Below, in pieces: positions 49,878 to 61,652 of a stretch of DNA of 64,000 nt. This DNA comes from an uncultured bacterium. GTDB lineage: Bacteria > Omnitrophota > Omnitrophia > Omnitrophales > Aquincolibacteriaceae. Position numbers and translations under genes: made by a program. A model generated the notes under the pieces. It was not told the DNA's origin. It did no database searches and saw only the letters and a program-made list of their open reading frames with translations. The stretch's first letter is position 1. Each line of letters starts with the position of its first letter. The stretch covers positions 27,710 to 91,709 of the forward strand of contig CAZLTL010000008.1 in NCBI GenBank assembly GCA_964562525.1, given 5' to 3'.

Positions 49878-50620
49878 GACCCGATTTTCAAAGCGTCAGG
49901 GCTGGGCTCCGCAGGAATGAATCCGGCGCTTTCTTCGGAGATCTTCTCGGCTTGATCTCTCAAGCTTTCTTCCACAGACGCAACAATCCCCTTATATTCG
50001 GGCGGCGGCAAAGACGCGGTCTCAGCCCGGGGCGCTGGGATCCCAGCTAATAATTTTTCAGAAAAAACAGCCATAACCTCATGCGCTGTCGTCTGTTGTG
50101 TAACAAGAATCTCTTTGTTTTCTATCGGGAGATTACTTCTTTTTAAAAGCGGCCCAGTTGAGTCTTCTTCCGTCACCTTCTCAATATAGAAGTAAGTTTG
50201 GGAAGGGATAACAGTCAATCCATTTTGTTTAGGGTCCGATTTAACAAAAAGCTCCAAATTTAAATGCCCACTGACCCGCCGCATCAGTTTGATCTCGTCC
50301 ACAAAAACACGAATCGGTCCGAAAAATAAGCTTTTCTTAGAATAGTCCAGCTCCCGGAACGACCATTCTATTTTTTTGATTTTCAGCATGTCCCCGCGCG
50401 GAAAACCATAAGGGTTGCCGACTGTGACGGATTCTAAAATAATTCCCGGCTCAGAAAAATCAGCCCGAACAGCTTGAATTTGAATATCAACTCCCCAGCT
50501 TAGCTCCAACATCGAAGTTAAAATCGGTTTAAATAAAAAAACACAGAAAAAAGCGGCCAAAGCAGAGCCCGCGCAAAACCAAACCAAACATATTGATAAA
50601 AAACGCTTTATTTTCTTCAT
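49874..50620 (-). CDS. Hypothetical membrane-anchored protein (N-terminal TM; weak AsmA-like N-terminus)
   Basis: 248 aa. One N-terminal hydrophobic helix, then a soluble region with a Pro/Ser/Glu-rich C-terminus. Its stop codon overlaps the gpmA stop on the opposite strand. Confidence 0.4.
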   Translation of the reverse strand: MKKIKRFLSICLVWFCAGSALAAFFCVFLFKPILTSMLELSWGVDIQIQAVRADFSEPGIILESVTVGNPYGFPRGDMLKIKKIEWSFRELDYSKKSLFFGPIRVFVDEIKLMRRVSGHLNLELFVKSDPKQNGLTVIPSQTYFYIEKVTEEDSTGPLLKRSNLPIENKEILVTQQTTAHEVMAVFSEKLLAGIPAPRAETASLPPPEYKGIVASVEESLRDQAEKISEESAGFIPAEPSPDALKIGS

Positions 50621-50627
50621 GAATTAC

Positions 50628-50657
50628 TTGACTTTTTACTTTCTTTCAGCATAATAT
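50628..50657 (+). promoter_or_regulatory. Sigma70-type promoter for the atp operon
   Basis: TTGACT (50628-50633), 16 nt to CATAAT (or 18 nt to TAATAT), in the divergent spacer before the atpI-like gene. Confidence 0.5.
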
Positions 50658-50735
50658 TCGCGATTTCTTTAGCGAATGTAACTAATTGAAATCATTAGGG
50701 TTGTGACAAATTAACTTTTTCACACCGTTCGTTGT

Positions 50736-50972
50736 TTGGCCGCCAAGGATCAGCAAATAGTTAAAACCATAAAAATTATCGGGCTCGCACTTACCATTCC
50801 TACGGTTTTGGTTTGCGGTCCTCTGCTGGGATATGGCGCCGCTTATGTTTTAATAGAAAAAGGGGCGCCCCCTTCTGTTCTGCCTCTCTTTGTAGGTGCG
50901 GGATCTATTTTAGCATTAGTCCAAACTTTTAGAACGGCCAAATTAATTCTCAGCATTGAAGAGAAGCCATGA
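50736..50972 (+). CDS. atpI: Small two-helix membrane protein preceding atpB (AtpI/AtpZ-like)
   Basis: 78 aa with two hydrophobic helices, in the position of atpI. The start is TTG with no obvious SD, so the start is uncertain. Confidence 0.4.
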   Translation: MAAKDQQIVKTIKIIGLALTIPTVLVCGPLLGYGAAYVLIEKGAPPSVLPLFVGAGSILALVQTFRTAKLILSIEEKP

Positions 50973-51814
50973 CGGAAAATTCGCACGCCATTACCGGAGC
51001 AGTTGAACACGCAGCACACGAAGCGGCGCATCATGAACCTCATGAGCTGCCGAACTTTATAATGCTGCTTTCCGAGCGCTTTCACGATTCCGCAATTTTA
51101 AAATTTTTACACGACTGGGAAAATGTTTTTTTCTCGGGCGTCGCAATTATTCTTGTTTCTTTCGTACTTTTATTTACCGCAAAAAAGAAAGCTCTCATTC
51201 CTGCGGGGCTTCAAAACTTTGGTGAAGCTTTGGTCGAAGGCGTTGAGAATTTTGTTGTCGGCATGATGGGCGAAGGCGGACGCAAACACGTTCCGTTTTT
51301 GGGAACCCTTTTCTTTTACATCTTGATTATGAACTACTGCGGCATGGTTCCTTTTCTCAAAGCACCGACATCCGTCTGGAGCACGACGCTCGCCTTCTCA
51401 TTAATCGCAGTTGTTTATGTTCAAATCGCCGGTATTCGCGCGCTGGGAGTTAAAAGTTATTTTCATCACTTGGCCGGTTCTCCGCCAAATGCAATCGCCT
51501 GGACTATCGGCATTCTCTTAATTTTTCCGCTCAACCTTATTTTGGAATACATGGCGGTCCCACTCAGTTTGTCACTGCGTCTTTTCGCCAACATCTCAAG
51601 CGAAGACAGATTGCTTTATAAATTCGCGCTCATAAACGTCGACACAAATTGGCTCGCCTTTCCCCTGCAGCTTTTTGCCAACGCGCTCGCTTTGCTTTTC
51701 AGCGCGATCCAAGCTTTCGTTTTCACTTTGCTGACTTCCGTTTATATTTTCACCTTGATGCCGCATGATGAGCATCACGATGAACACACGGAAGCAACAG
51801 CAAGTTCGCACTAA
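50969..51814 (+). CDS. atpB: F0F1 ATP synthase subunit a
   Basis: 281 aa with the conserved Arg in LSLRLFANIS. Confidence 0.9.
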   Translation: MTENSHAITGAVEHAAHEAAHHEPHELPNFIMLLSERFHDSAILKFLHDWENVFFSGVAIILVSFVLLFTAKKKALIPAGLQNFGEALVEGVENFVVGMMGEGGRKHVPFLGTLFFYILIMNYCGMVPFLKAPTSVWSTTLAFSLIAVVYVQIAGIRALGVKSYFHHLAGSPPNAIAWTIGILLIFPLNLILEYMAVPLSLSLRLFANISSEDRLLYKFALINVDTNWLAFPLQLFANALALLFSAIQAFVFTLLTSVYIFTLMPHDEHHDEHTEATASSH

Positions 51815-51903
51815 GTTTTAAATTGAATTTGAGTCGCCTACTCACAACGGATAATTTTATTCGTTAAACTAGACGACTTATCACCGTAACTAAGGAGATA
51901 AAA

Positions 51904-52134
51904 ATGACAACTCAAGTAGCTATCGCTTTTGGAGCCCCCCTCGCACTCGGTCTTGCCGCGCTTGGTTGCGGACTCGGTCTTGGCCGCGCCGTTGCGGCCG
52001 CCATGGATGCAACCGGCAGACAGCCTGATGCTTCCGGAAAAATCATGGTTAACATGTTGCTTGGCTGCGCGCTTATCGAAGCGCTTTCTCTTTACGCGCT
52101 TGTTTTCGCCTTTGCTCTTCTCGGAAAAATGTAA
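51904..52134 (+). CDS. atpE: F0F1 ATP synthase subunit c
   Basis: 76 aa helical hairpin with the carboxylate in ALIEALSLY. AAGGAG SD. Confidence 0.95.
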   Translation: MTTQVAIAFGAPLALGLAALGCGLGLGRAVAAAMDATGRQPDASGKIMVNMLLGCALIEALSLYALVFAFALLGKM

Positions 52135-52154
52135 TTTAGAAAAAGACACCTTTT

Positions 52155-52655
52155 ATGGAGTTCTTTAAACAAAACATTATTCCGGCTGAGGTGCTTGTTC
52201 AGCTGGTTGCTTTTCTCATTGTTTTTTTTACTTTGAGAAAATTTGCGTGGGGTCCCATTCAAAAGTCGCTTGCGGATCGGCGTGAACATATCCGCAAAAG
52301 CATTGAAGACGCGGAAGCGGCAAAACGCAACATGGAAAAGCTGAAAGCCGAGTACGAAGCACACTTAAAGCAAATCGAAGAGCAAACCCGCGCAAAAATG
52401 GCTGAAACGATTGAAGCCGGTCGCGCGATTGCGAAAGAAATGCAGGATAAAGCCCGCGAAGAAGCTCAGCGCACTTTTGATAAAACAAAAGCCGCGCTTG
52501 ATTTGGAAATCGCGAAAGCGCGCGTCACCCTGCGTTATGAAATCGCGGACATTTCGATTCATGTCGCGGAAAAAGTGCTGCGCGAAAATTTAACCGACGC
52601 CAAACTGCGTGAAAAAACATCGCAGCTTGTGGGCGAATTGGAAAAAACAGTATGA
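52155..52655 (+). CDS. atpF: F0F1 ATP synthase subunit b
   Basis: 166 aa with an N-terminal TM helix then a long charged helix. Confidence 0.85.
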   Translation: MEFFKQNIIPAEVLVQLVAFLIVFFTLRKFAWGPIQKSLADRREHIRKSIEDAEAAKRNMEKLKAEYEAHLKQIEEQTRAKMAETIEAGRAIAKEMQDKAREEAQRTFDKTKAALDLEIAKARVTLRYEIADISIHVAEKVLRENLTDAKLREKTSQLVGELEKTV

Positions 52656-53227
52656 AAGACGCGGAAATCCTTGCTAAGCATTACGCGAACGCGCTGATCA
52701 ATCTCAGCATCAAGGAGAAAAACCTGGCTGAAGTTGAGAAGGCTTTTGATTCGTTCACGAATTCCGCTTACAAGGATCCGCGTTTTTCTGTTTTCATGGG
52801 AAGCCCGGTTATTCCGCGTGATAAAAAAGAAGCTTTGTTGGAGCAGATACTGCCTGCCAACACGCCTCAAATTTTAAAGCTTTTTCTTAAGCTTGTTTTG
52901 GCGAAAAAACGTTTTGAAATTTTACGTACGATAGAAACCAAGTTTCAGCTACTTTCTGAAAAAAACCGCGGAATACGCCGCGCTGAATTTATCAGCGCTG
53001 CTCCCGTTGCCGCTGAAACAGAAAAGAATATTATTCGCTTTTTAGAGAAGCAGCTTAGTTCTGCCTCCGGGCCCCAGGCTGCAAAGATCGAAGTAAAGCT
53101 TATTACAAAAACCGACCCTGAATTGCTGGGTGGATTTGTTTTGAAATTTGATGAAAGCGTCATCGACGCGAGCTATAAAACAAAGTTACAGGAATTGCGG
53201 CAAAAACTCGACACGGTCGCAGTTTAA
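52652..53227 (+). CDS. atpH: F0F1 ATP synthase subunit delta (OSCP)
   Basis: 191 aa. ATGA overlap with atpF. Confidence 0.85.
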   Translation: MKDAEILAKHYANALINLSIKEKNLAEVEKAFDSFTNSAYKDPRFSVFMGSPVIPRDKKEALLEQILPANTPQILKLFLKLVLAKKRFEILRTIETKFQLLSEKNRGIRRAEFISAAPVAAETEKNIIRFLEKQLSSASGPQAAKIEVKLITKTDPELLGGFVLKFDESVIDASYKTKLQELRQKLDTVAV

Positions 53228-53248
53228 GCCTTATTAAGGAGTGTCATT

Positions 53249-54751
53249 ATGATTAAAGCTGATGAAGTAACACAGGCGCTAGAGAAAGAAATCGCGAAGT
53301 ATCAATCGAAACTCGAAGTCGAGTCGGTTGGTTATGTTCTGCAAGTCGGCGACGGTATCGCGCGCGTTTACGGACTCGACGCGGTTATGGCCGGCGAACT
53401 TGTGACCTTTGAAGACGGAACCGCGGGTTTAGTTTTGAACCTGGAGCCGAATCAAGTCGGTGTGGTTATTTTGGGCGATGACCGCAAAATCAAAGAAGGC
53501 GGCATGGTGAAGCGCACCGGTAAAATCGCGCAGGTTCCTGTGGGACCCGCTTTGATGGGCCGTGTGGTTAACCCGCTCGGAGAACCGATGGACGGCAAAG
53601 GGCCGATCGTAACCGATCGCTTCCGTCCGATTGAAGCGTTACCTCCTTCCGTCATTCAGCGTCAGCCGGTAAAAGAACCTTTGCAAACCGGTATTAAAGC
53701 CGTGGATGGCATGATTCCAATCGGTCGCGGACAGCGCGAATTAATTATCGGTGACCGTCAAACCGGAAAAACCGCCATTATTCTCGACACCATCATCAAT
53801 CAAAAAGGCACGGGAATTCACTGTATCTATGTCGCCATCGGACAAAAACTTTCGAGTGTCGTTGGTATTGCCAAGACGCTTGAAGAACAAGGCGCGATGG
53901 AATACACAACGATCGTTTCCGCTTCTGCGGATGATCCGGCTCCATTGCAGTTTTTGGCGCCCTACGCCGGCTGTGCCATCGGTGAAGAAGACTTATATAA
54001 TGGTCGTCACGCACTTGTCGCCTACGACGATTTATCGAAGCATGCCGTGGCTTACCGCCAGCTTTCGCTTCTGCTTCAGCGCCCACCGGGACGCGAAGCT
54101 TATCCCGGAGACGTTTTCTATCTTCACTCCCGTCTTTTGGAACGCGCGGCAAAAGTTCGTCAAGACTTGGGCGGTGGCTCTTTGACAGCTCTGCCTGTTA
54201 TCGAAACCCAATTAGGCGACGTTTCAGCTTATATTCCAACCAACGTGATTTCCATCACAGATGGTCAGATTTATTTAGAAACAGATTTGTTTTACGCCGG
54301 TGTTCGTCCCGCGATCAACGTGGGACTTTCCGTTTCCCGCGTCGGCGGAAACGCTCAAACGAAAGCGATGAAACAAGTTGCGGGAACTTTGCGACTTGTT
54401 TTAGCTCAATACCGCGAACTCGCCGCTTTCGCTCAGCTCTCGACGGATTTGGATAAATCGACCAAAGATCAGCTGACACGCGGAGAGCGCATGGTCGAAC
54501 TTCTCAAACAAAATGTTTTTCAGCCTATGCCGTTCGAAAAGCAGGTGGTAATTATTTTAGCCGCTAATGACGGTGCGTTGGATGATTTGCCGCTGAAGCG
54601 TTTGAAAGATTTTGAAAAAGAATATCTCGCTTTCTTGGACAAAAATTACGCGGACGCGATACGCGACATTCAAACAACGAAAGCGTTGTCGAATGAGACT
54701 AAAGAAAAATTGAAGAACGCGGTTGCGGCGTTCAAATCGACCTTCCGGTAA
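53249..54751 (+). CDS. atpA: F0F1 ATP synthase subunit alpha
   Basis: 500 aa with the GDRQTGKT P-loop. Confidence 0.97.
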   Translation: MIKADEVTQALEKEIAKYQSKLEVESVGYVLQVGDGIARVYGLDAVMAGELVTFEDGTAGLVLNLEPNQVGVVILGDDRKIKEGGMVKRTGKIAQVPVGPALMGRVVNPLGEPMDGKGPIVTDRFRPIEALPPSVIQRQPVKEPLQTGIKAVDGMIPIGRGQRELIIGDRQTGKTAIILDTIINQKGTGIHCIYVAIGQKLSSVVGIAKTLEEQGAMEYTTIVSASADDPAPLQFLAPYAGCAIGEEDLYNGRHALVAYDDLSKHAVAYRQLSLLLQRPPGREAYPGDVFYLHSRLLERAAKVRQDLGGGSLTALPVIETQLGDVSAYIPTNVISITDGQIYLETDLFYAGVRPAINVGLSVSRVGGNAQTKAMKQVAGTLRLVLAQYRELAAFAQLSTDLDKSTKDQLTRGERMVELLKQNVFQPMPFEKQVVIILAANDGALDDLPLKRLKDFEKEYLAFLDKNYADAIRDIQTTKALSNETKEKLKNAVAAFKSTFR

Positions 54752-54803
54752 TGTTTGGACGATTTACATAAAGTAAATCGTCAGGATGGAAAAATAAGGC
54801 AAT

Positions 54804-57180
<2,377 letters not shown>

Positions 57181-57196
57181 TCAGGAAAAAGACACT

Positions 57197-57457
57197 GTGA
57201 GCTATCAATTACAAATCATCACGCCGCAAGGCAAGGTTTATGAAGGTCAAGTTGAGCATGCGGAGTTGCCCGCGGAATATGGCTTTACGGGCATTCTGTC
57301 AAACCATGCTCCGCTTCTGACTTCTTCGTCCGGCGGACGGCTTTCATTGCGCGAGAAAGGCGGGAAAAACCGTGTTTTTTCGGTAGGTCCGGGTTTTTTC
57401 GAAACAAGAAAAAACCAAGCCGTTCTGATGACCGAGTCGTTCTCGGAAAAAAACTAG
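57197..57457 (+). CDS. atpC: F0F1 ATP synthase subunit epsilon, N-terminal beta-sandwich domain only (86 aa)
   Basis: GTG start. The sequence aligns to the epsilon N-domain. There is no counterpart of the C-terminal two-helix inhibitory domain (E. coli epsilon is 139 aa). Confidence 0.85.
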   Translation: MSYQLQIITPQGKVYEGQVEHAELPAEYGFTGILSNHAPLLTSSSGGRLSLREKGGKNRVFSVGPGFFETRKNQAVLMTESFSEKN

Positions 57458-57464
57458 GCACCGC

Positions 57465-57965
57465 ATGGGAACCGTTTTCTTTTGGATCACTGCCGCTTTA
57501 GCCGTCGCAAGTGCGCTTAGTATTCTTTTCGTCAAAAAACCGACGCGCGCCCTGCTTGCCCTCTTAGTCTGCATGATTTGCTTGGGCGTACTTTACACAC
57601 TGTTACATGCCTACTTTGTTGCTATCGTCCATCTGATTGTTTATGCCGGTGCCGTACTCGTTTTGTTTTTGTTTGTGATCATGCTTGAAGGCTTGGGCGC
57701 GACAACGCTTCCGATCCAGCGCCGTTTTTCACCGCTTCACCTCGCTTTAACCGCAGCGGCCGGACTTATCTTTTCTTTCTTTATTGTGAAAATTTTATGC
57801 TCATCCAAGCTTCCCGCTCTTCAAAACGCGGCCGGTACGGTTGAAAACATCGGAAAGAATCTCTTCACGAACTATCTCCTTCCTTTTGAACTGGTTGCCG
57901 TGCTGATTCTGGTCGGCATTTTCGCCGCAGTTTCCCTGATTAAACCGGAAAACAAAAAAGCATGA
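57465..57965 (+). CDS. nuoJ: NADH-quinone oxidoreductase subunit J
   Basis: 166 aa, ND6/NuoJ-like. It starts 8 nt after the atpC stop. Confidence 0.85.
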   Translation: MGTVFFWITAALAVASALSILFVKKPTRALLALLVCMICLGVLYTLLHAYFVAIVHLIVYAGAVLVLFLFVIMLEGLGATTLPIQRRFSPLHLALTAAAGLIFSFFIVKILCSSKLPALQNAAGTVENIGKNLFTNYLLPFELVAVLILVGIFAAVSLIKPENKKA

Positions 57966-58270
57966 TGACTCCCGGCGCCGAACATTATTTAGTTTTAAGC
58001 GGTATTCTTTTCTCCATCGGTCTTTTCGGTCTTTTTGTCCGCCGCCACATTTTGATTATGCTTTTATGCCTTGAGTTAATGCTAAATGCGGCTAACCTGG
58101 CTTTAATCACCGCTTCATCCGTGCACGGACAAACCGACGGGCAAATCGTTTCTTTTTTCGTCATGGTGATCGCCGCGGTGGAAGTGACCATCGGTCTTGC
58201 TATCGCGGTTCTTTTGTTTAAAGAAAAAAACACGGTCGACACCGAACAAATGACCACCCTTAAGGGGTAA
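57962..58270 (+). CDS. nuoK: NADH-quinone oxidoreductase subunit K
   Basis: 102 aa with three TM helices and the conserved Glu in LELMLNAANLA. ATGA overlap with nuoJ. Confidence 0.9.
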   Translation: MMTPGAEHYLVLSGILFSIGLFGLFVRRHILIMLLCLELMLNAANLALITASSVHGQTDGQIVSFFVMVIAAVEVTIGLAIAVLLFKEKNTVDTEQMTTLKG

Positions 58271-58278
58271 TTTTTATC

Positions 58279-60198
58279 ATGCTGAATCTTTGTTGGATTA
58301 TATTGGGATTGCCTTTGGCCGCAGCGGCATTGATCAGTCTGCTGGTCATTCCTTTTGAAAAAGCCTCCAAAGAAAAGGATTTTTTCCGGACTCTTTCCGC
58401 CTGGATATCCGTATTAAGTATCTCTGCGGCCTTCATCTTAAGCATCATCCTTTTCCGCCAATTTCAGGCCGCTCAGGGACATTACGGTACTGCGCTCGAG
58501 GCGTCCCTGCCTTGGATGAATCTTGCGGGCATTAAAATGGAAATGGGCATTTTGCTCAATCCAATCGCCTTGATTATGCTTTTGATCGTCAACGGTGTCG
58601 CGGCCTTAGTCGCTATTTTCTCAGCCCGTTATATGCAGGGTGAAGACGGCTACTCCCGTTATTTTGCCGCGCTTTCGTTTTTCGTTTTCGCGATGCTGGG
58701 AATTGTACTGGCGAATAATCTTATTCAAATTTTTATCTTTTGGGAACTTGTCGGCGTGGCATCTTATCTTTTGATCGGTTTTTGGTTTCAGAAGCCCAGC
58801 GCAAGTCTGGCTTCCAAAAAAGCTTTTTTAACAACCCGCATCGGCGATGCCGGCATGATGCTCGGAATCTTACTGCTTTTTGGCCTGCTTGTTCAATCCG
58901 GTACCGGAACTTTTAACTTTCTTGAACTGGAAACCAAGCTTCATCAAAACGCATTACCTTCTGGGCTTTTGACTTGGGCGTGTATCGGTTTATTCTTAGG
59001 CGCGGTCGGAAAATCAGCACAGGTTCCTTTGCATATTTGGCTACCGGACGCGATGGAAGGTCCAACTCCCGCCAGCGCGTTGATTCACGCCGCTACCATG
59101 GTCGCCGCGGGTGTTTATATGCTGGCGCGTTTATTTTTTCTGTTTGAAATGAGTCCCGTTGCTCTGCAGGTCATTGCCTGGACGGGTGTTACCACCGCCC
59201 TCATCGCCGCGACCATCGCGGTGGTGCAAAACGATATCAAAAAAGTTTTGGCTTATTCCACGCTTTCTCAACTTGGATATATGGTGATGGCAATCGGCCT
59301 GCATCACCCGGAAGCGGGCATGTTTCATCTCGTAACGCATGCTTTTTTCAAGGCCTTACTCTTTCTTGGCGCGGGCAGTTTAATCCACGCATTGCACACG
59401 CAAGATATTTGGCAAATGTCCGCAGCGCTCAGCTCTCAAAAAAATGTCGGCTTTAAAAAACTTCCGATTACCGTAATTACCTTTTTAATCGGAACTGCCG
59501 CATTAGCGGGTATTCCGTTCACCAGCGGTTTTTTCAGCAAAGAAGAAATTTTAAATGCCGCATCGCATGGGCCCCTTCCTGTTTTTATCGCGTCGTTAGT
59601 TGTGGTCATGCTGACGGCTTATTACATGGGCCGCGTTCTCACCGTCGTCTTTTTTTCTTCGGCTTCCAAAGCTCACGGGAAACACTCCCATGATATTCAT
59701 GAAGATAACGCGCTTGTGACATTACCTTTGATTGTTTTGGCGATTTTTTCAATTGCAGCCGGCTATCTTCCGTTTCAAGCGCTTTTAAGCGGCGACTCCC
59801 ATGCCGCGCATCCGCCGCTTTGGCTTGCGATTCTTTCCGTGGGGTTGGCTGTATTCGGACTTTTGCTGAGCTTTGTGCTTTACCGCAACAAAGCAGAAGA
59901 CCGCCACGCGGCCCTCTTTCAGATTCCAGTCAAAATCATTCAGGAAAAATTTTATTTTGATCATTTCTATGATTGGCTTGTATCGCGAGTTCAAGGCGGA
60001 CTGGCGATTGCCGCTGATTTTTTTGAAAGAAAAATACTGGTCGCTTTCGGAACAGAAGGCGCCGCAAAGCTTGTCACGGCTGTAGGTGGTGTCGTTCGAA
60101 AAATGCAAAATGGCTGGATACAGACCTATGGTTTGCTTTTTGTCATGGGCTGGATTATTTTGATCGCCTATTTAATCGGAAGCGGAGGCAATTCATGA
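58279..60198 (+). CDS. nuoL: NADH-quinone oxidoreductase subunit L (antiporter-like)
   Basis: 639 aa with WELVGVASYLLIGFWF and a long C-terminal amphipathic helix region. Confidence 0.9.
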   Translation: MLNLCWIILGLPLAAAALISLLVIPFEKASKEKDFFRTLSAWISVLSISAAFILSIILFRQFQAAQGHYGTALEASLPWMNLAGIKMEMGILLNPIALIMLLIVNGVAALVAIFSARYMQGEDGYSRYFAALSFFVFAMLGIVLANNLIQIFIFWELVGVASYLLIGFWFQKPSASLASKKAFLTTRIGDAGMMLGILLLFGLLVQSGTGTFNFLELETKLHQNALPSGLLTWACIGLFLGAVGKSAQVPLHIWLPDAMEGPTPASALIHAATMVAAGVYMLARLFFLFEMSPVALQVIAWTGVTTALIAATIAVVQNDIKKVLAYSTLSQLGYMVMAIGLHHPEAGMFHLVTHAFFKALLFLGAGSLIHALHTQDIWQMSAALSSQKNVGFKKLPITVITFLIGTAALAGIPFTSGFFSKEEILNAASHGPLPVFIASLVVVMLTAYYMGRVLTVVFFSSASKAHGKHSHDIHEDNALVTLPLIVLAIFSIAAGYLPFQALLSGDSHAAHPPLWLAILSVGLAVFGLLLSFVLYRNKAEDRHAALFQIPVKIIQEKFYFDHFYDWLVSRVQGGLAIAADFFERKILVAFGTEGAAKLVTAVGGVVRKMQNGWIQTYGLLFVMGWIILIAYLIGSGGNS

Positions 60199-61652
60199 TT
60201 GTGACACTGCTTCCTTTCATTGCCTTTTTGGGCGCAATCCTTACTTTGCTCACGCCGTCAAAGAATTTAAAAACTTTGCGGGGCATTTCACTGGCATCCA
60301 CCGCTGTTTGTTTGGCTGCGGTTCTTTATTTATTTTGCACCTGGGATTTTTCTCAAGCCGGTTTTCAGCATGTCCGCGCCTGGGATTTTTTTGCTCAAGC
60401 GGGCATTTGGTATCAAACCGGTCTTGACGGAACCAATCTTGTTTTTTGTCTTTTAAACGGACTAGTTGCTTTTGCCGGCGCCTGGATTGCCATAAGCACC
60501 ACCTCGCGTTTAAAAGAATATCTTTTCTACTACTTGCTCTTAACCGGCTGCATGTTTGCCGTTTTTACAACGCTGAATGTTTTCTTTCTCTATGTTTTTT
60601 ATGAAATGACTTTGATTCCCGTTTTTGCCATGATGGGCATTGCGGGTATACGCGCAAAAAAAGAAAATGCCGCCATTCGAGTGGCTTTATACATGACTGC
60701 CGGCGCGGTAGTCGGTTTATTCGCCTTGCTGAATCTCTACGATATTTTAGGCCCTGGTTTTCTTGATCTGACACAAACCAAAAACATACTTGCCTCCAAA
60801 GCAGCGCTTTTGACGCCTGAAACTCAAAAATGGCTGGCTGCACTATTGATCCTTGGCTTCGGTATGATGACCACGCTCTTTCCTTTGCATAGCTGGTCAC
60901 CGGCTTTCTACTCAGCCTCACCGGTTTCTTTGGCAATGGTACATGCCGGTGTCAAAGTGGGTCCTTATATTCTGTTAAGAACCGCAGTTTCGTATTTGCC
61001 CGAAGGCTTTCAGTTCTGGTCGCCGTGGATTGCGGGACTGGCTTTGGCCGGCATTCTTTACGGCGGATTTGCAGCTTTGCGTCAAAAAAACCTGCGAGAT
61101 CTTGCGGCATTTTCGAGCATCAGTCATATGGGAACTCTCTTTGTGGCTTTCGCCGCGCTGAATACAGCCAGTGTCTCCGCCGGTATCTTGCTTGTTTTTG
61201 CGCATGGTCTTATGACGGCTTGCTTCTTCGCTTTGATCGGGGTTTTAGAAGACCGCGGACAAACGGATGAAATCAATGCCTTCAGCGGACTCGGAAAATC
61301 GATGCCTTTTTTTGCGGTTTGCTTCATGCTCACCGCCATGGCATCTTCGGGTATTCCGGGGTTTGCAAATTTTCCCGGCGAACTGATGGTTTTTGTCAGC
61401 GCGTGGAAAAGCTTTCCGTGGGCAGTTGCAGCCGGAATTTTGGGAGTACTTTTAACCGCTGTTTATATGATCCGCGCCGTTCAGGCACTTTGTTTTGGAC
61501 AGGATCATCCCCGCGCCGCAACGTTCAAAGATATTGTTTGCTTCTCGGAAAAAATCCCATTTTTGATCCTTCTGATTAGCTTAATAATTTTCGGTATTTT
61601 TCCGGCCGCTCTTTTAAAAGTCATTCAGCCTGCCATCGAGGCTCTTCTATGA
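60195..61652 (+). CDS. nuoM: NADH-quinone oxidoreductase subunit M (antiporter-like)
   Basis: 485 aa. ATGA overlap with nuoL. Confidence 0.9.
   Translation: MIVTLLPFIAFLGAILTLLTPSKNLKTLRGISLASTAVCLAAVLYLFCTWDFSQAGFQHVRAWDFFAQAGIWYQTGLDGTNLVFCLLNGLVAFAGAWIAISTTSRLKEYLFYYLLLTGCMFAVFTTLNVFFLYVFYEMTLIPVFAMMGIAGIRAKKENAAIRVALYMTAGAVVGLFALLNLYDILGPGFLDLTQTKNILASKAALLTPETQKWLAALLILGFGMMTTLFPLHSWSPAFYSASPVSLAMVHAGVKVGPYILLRTAVSYLPEGFQFWSPWIAGLALAGILYGGFAALRQKNLRDLAAFSSISHMGTLFVAFAALNTASVSAGILLVFAHGLMTACFFALIGVLEDRGQTDEINAFSGLGKSMPFFAVCFMLTAMASSGIPGFANFPGELMVFVSAWKSFPWAVAAGILGVLLTAVYMIRAVQALCFGQDHPRAATFKDIVCFSEKIPFLILLISLIIFGIFPAALLKVIQPAIEALL

Noticed and set aside
50700-50730. TGTGA...TCACA pair in the atp promoter region resembling a CRP/FNR site
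   Set aside because: The half-site spacing is 13-14 nt, not the 6 nt required for CRP/FNR-family binding.
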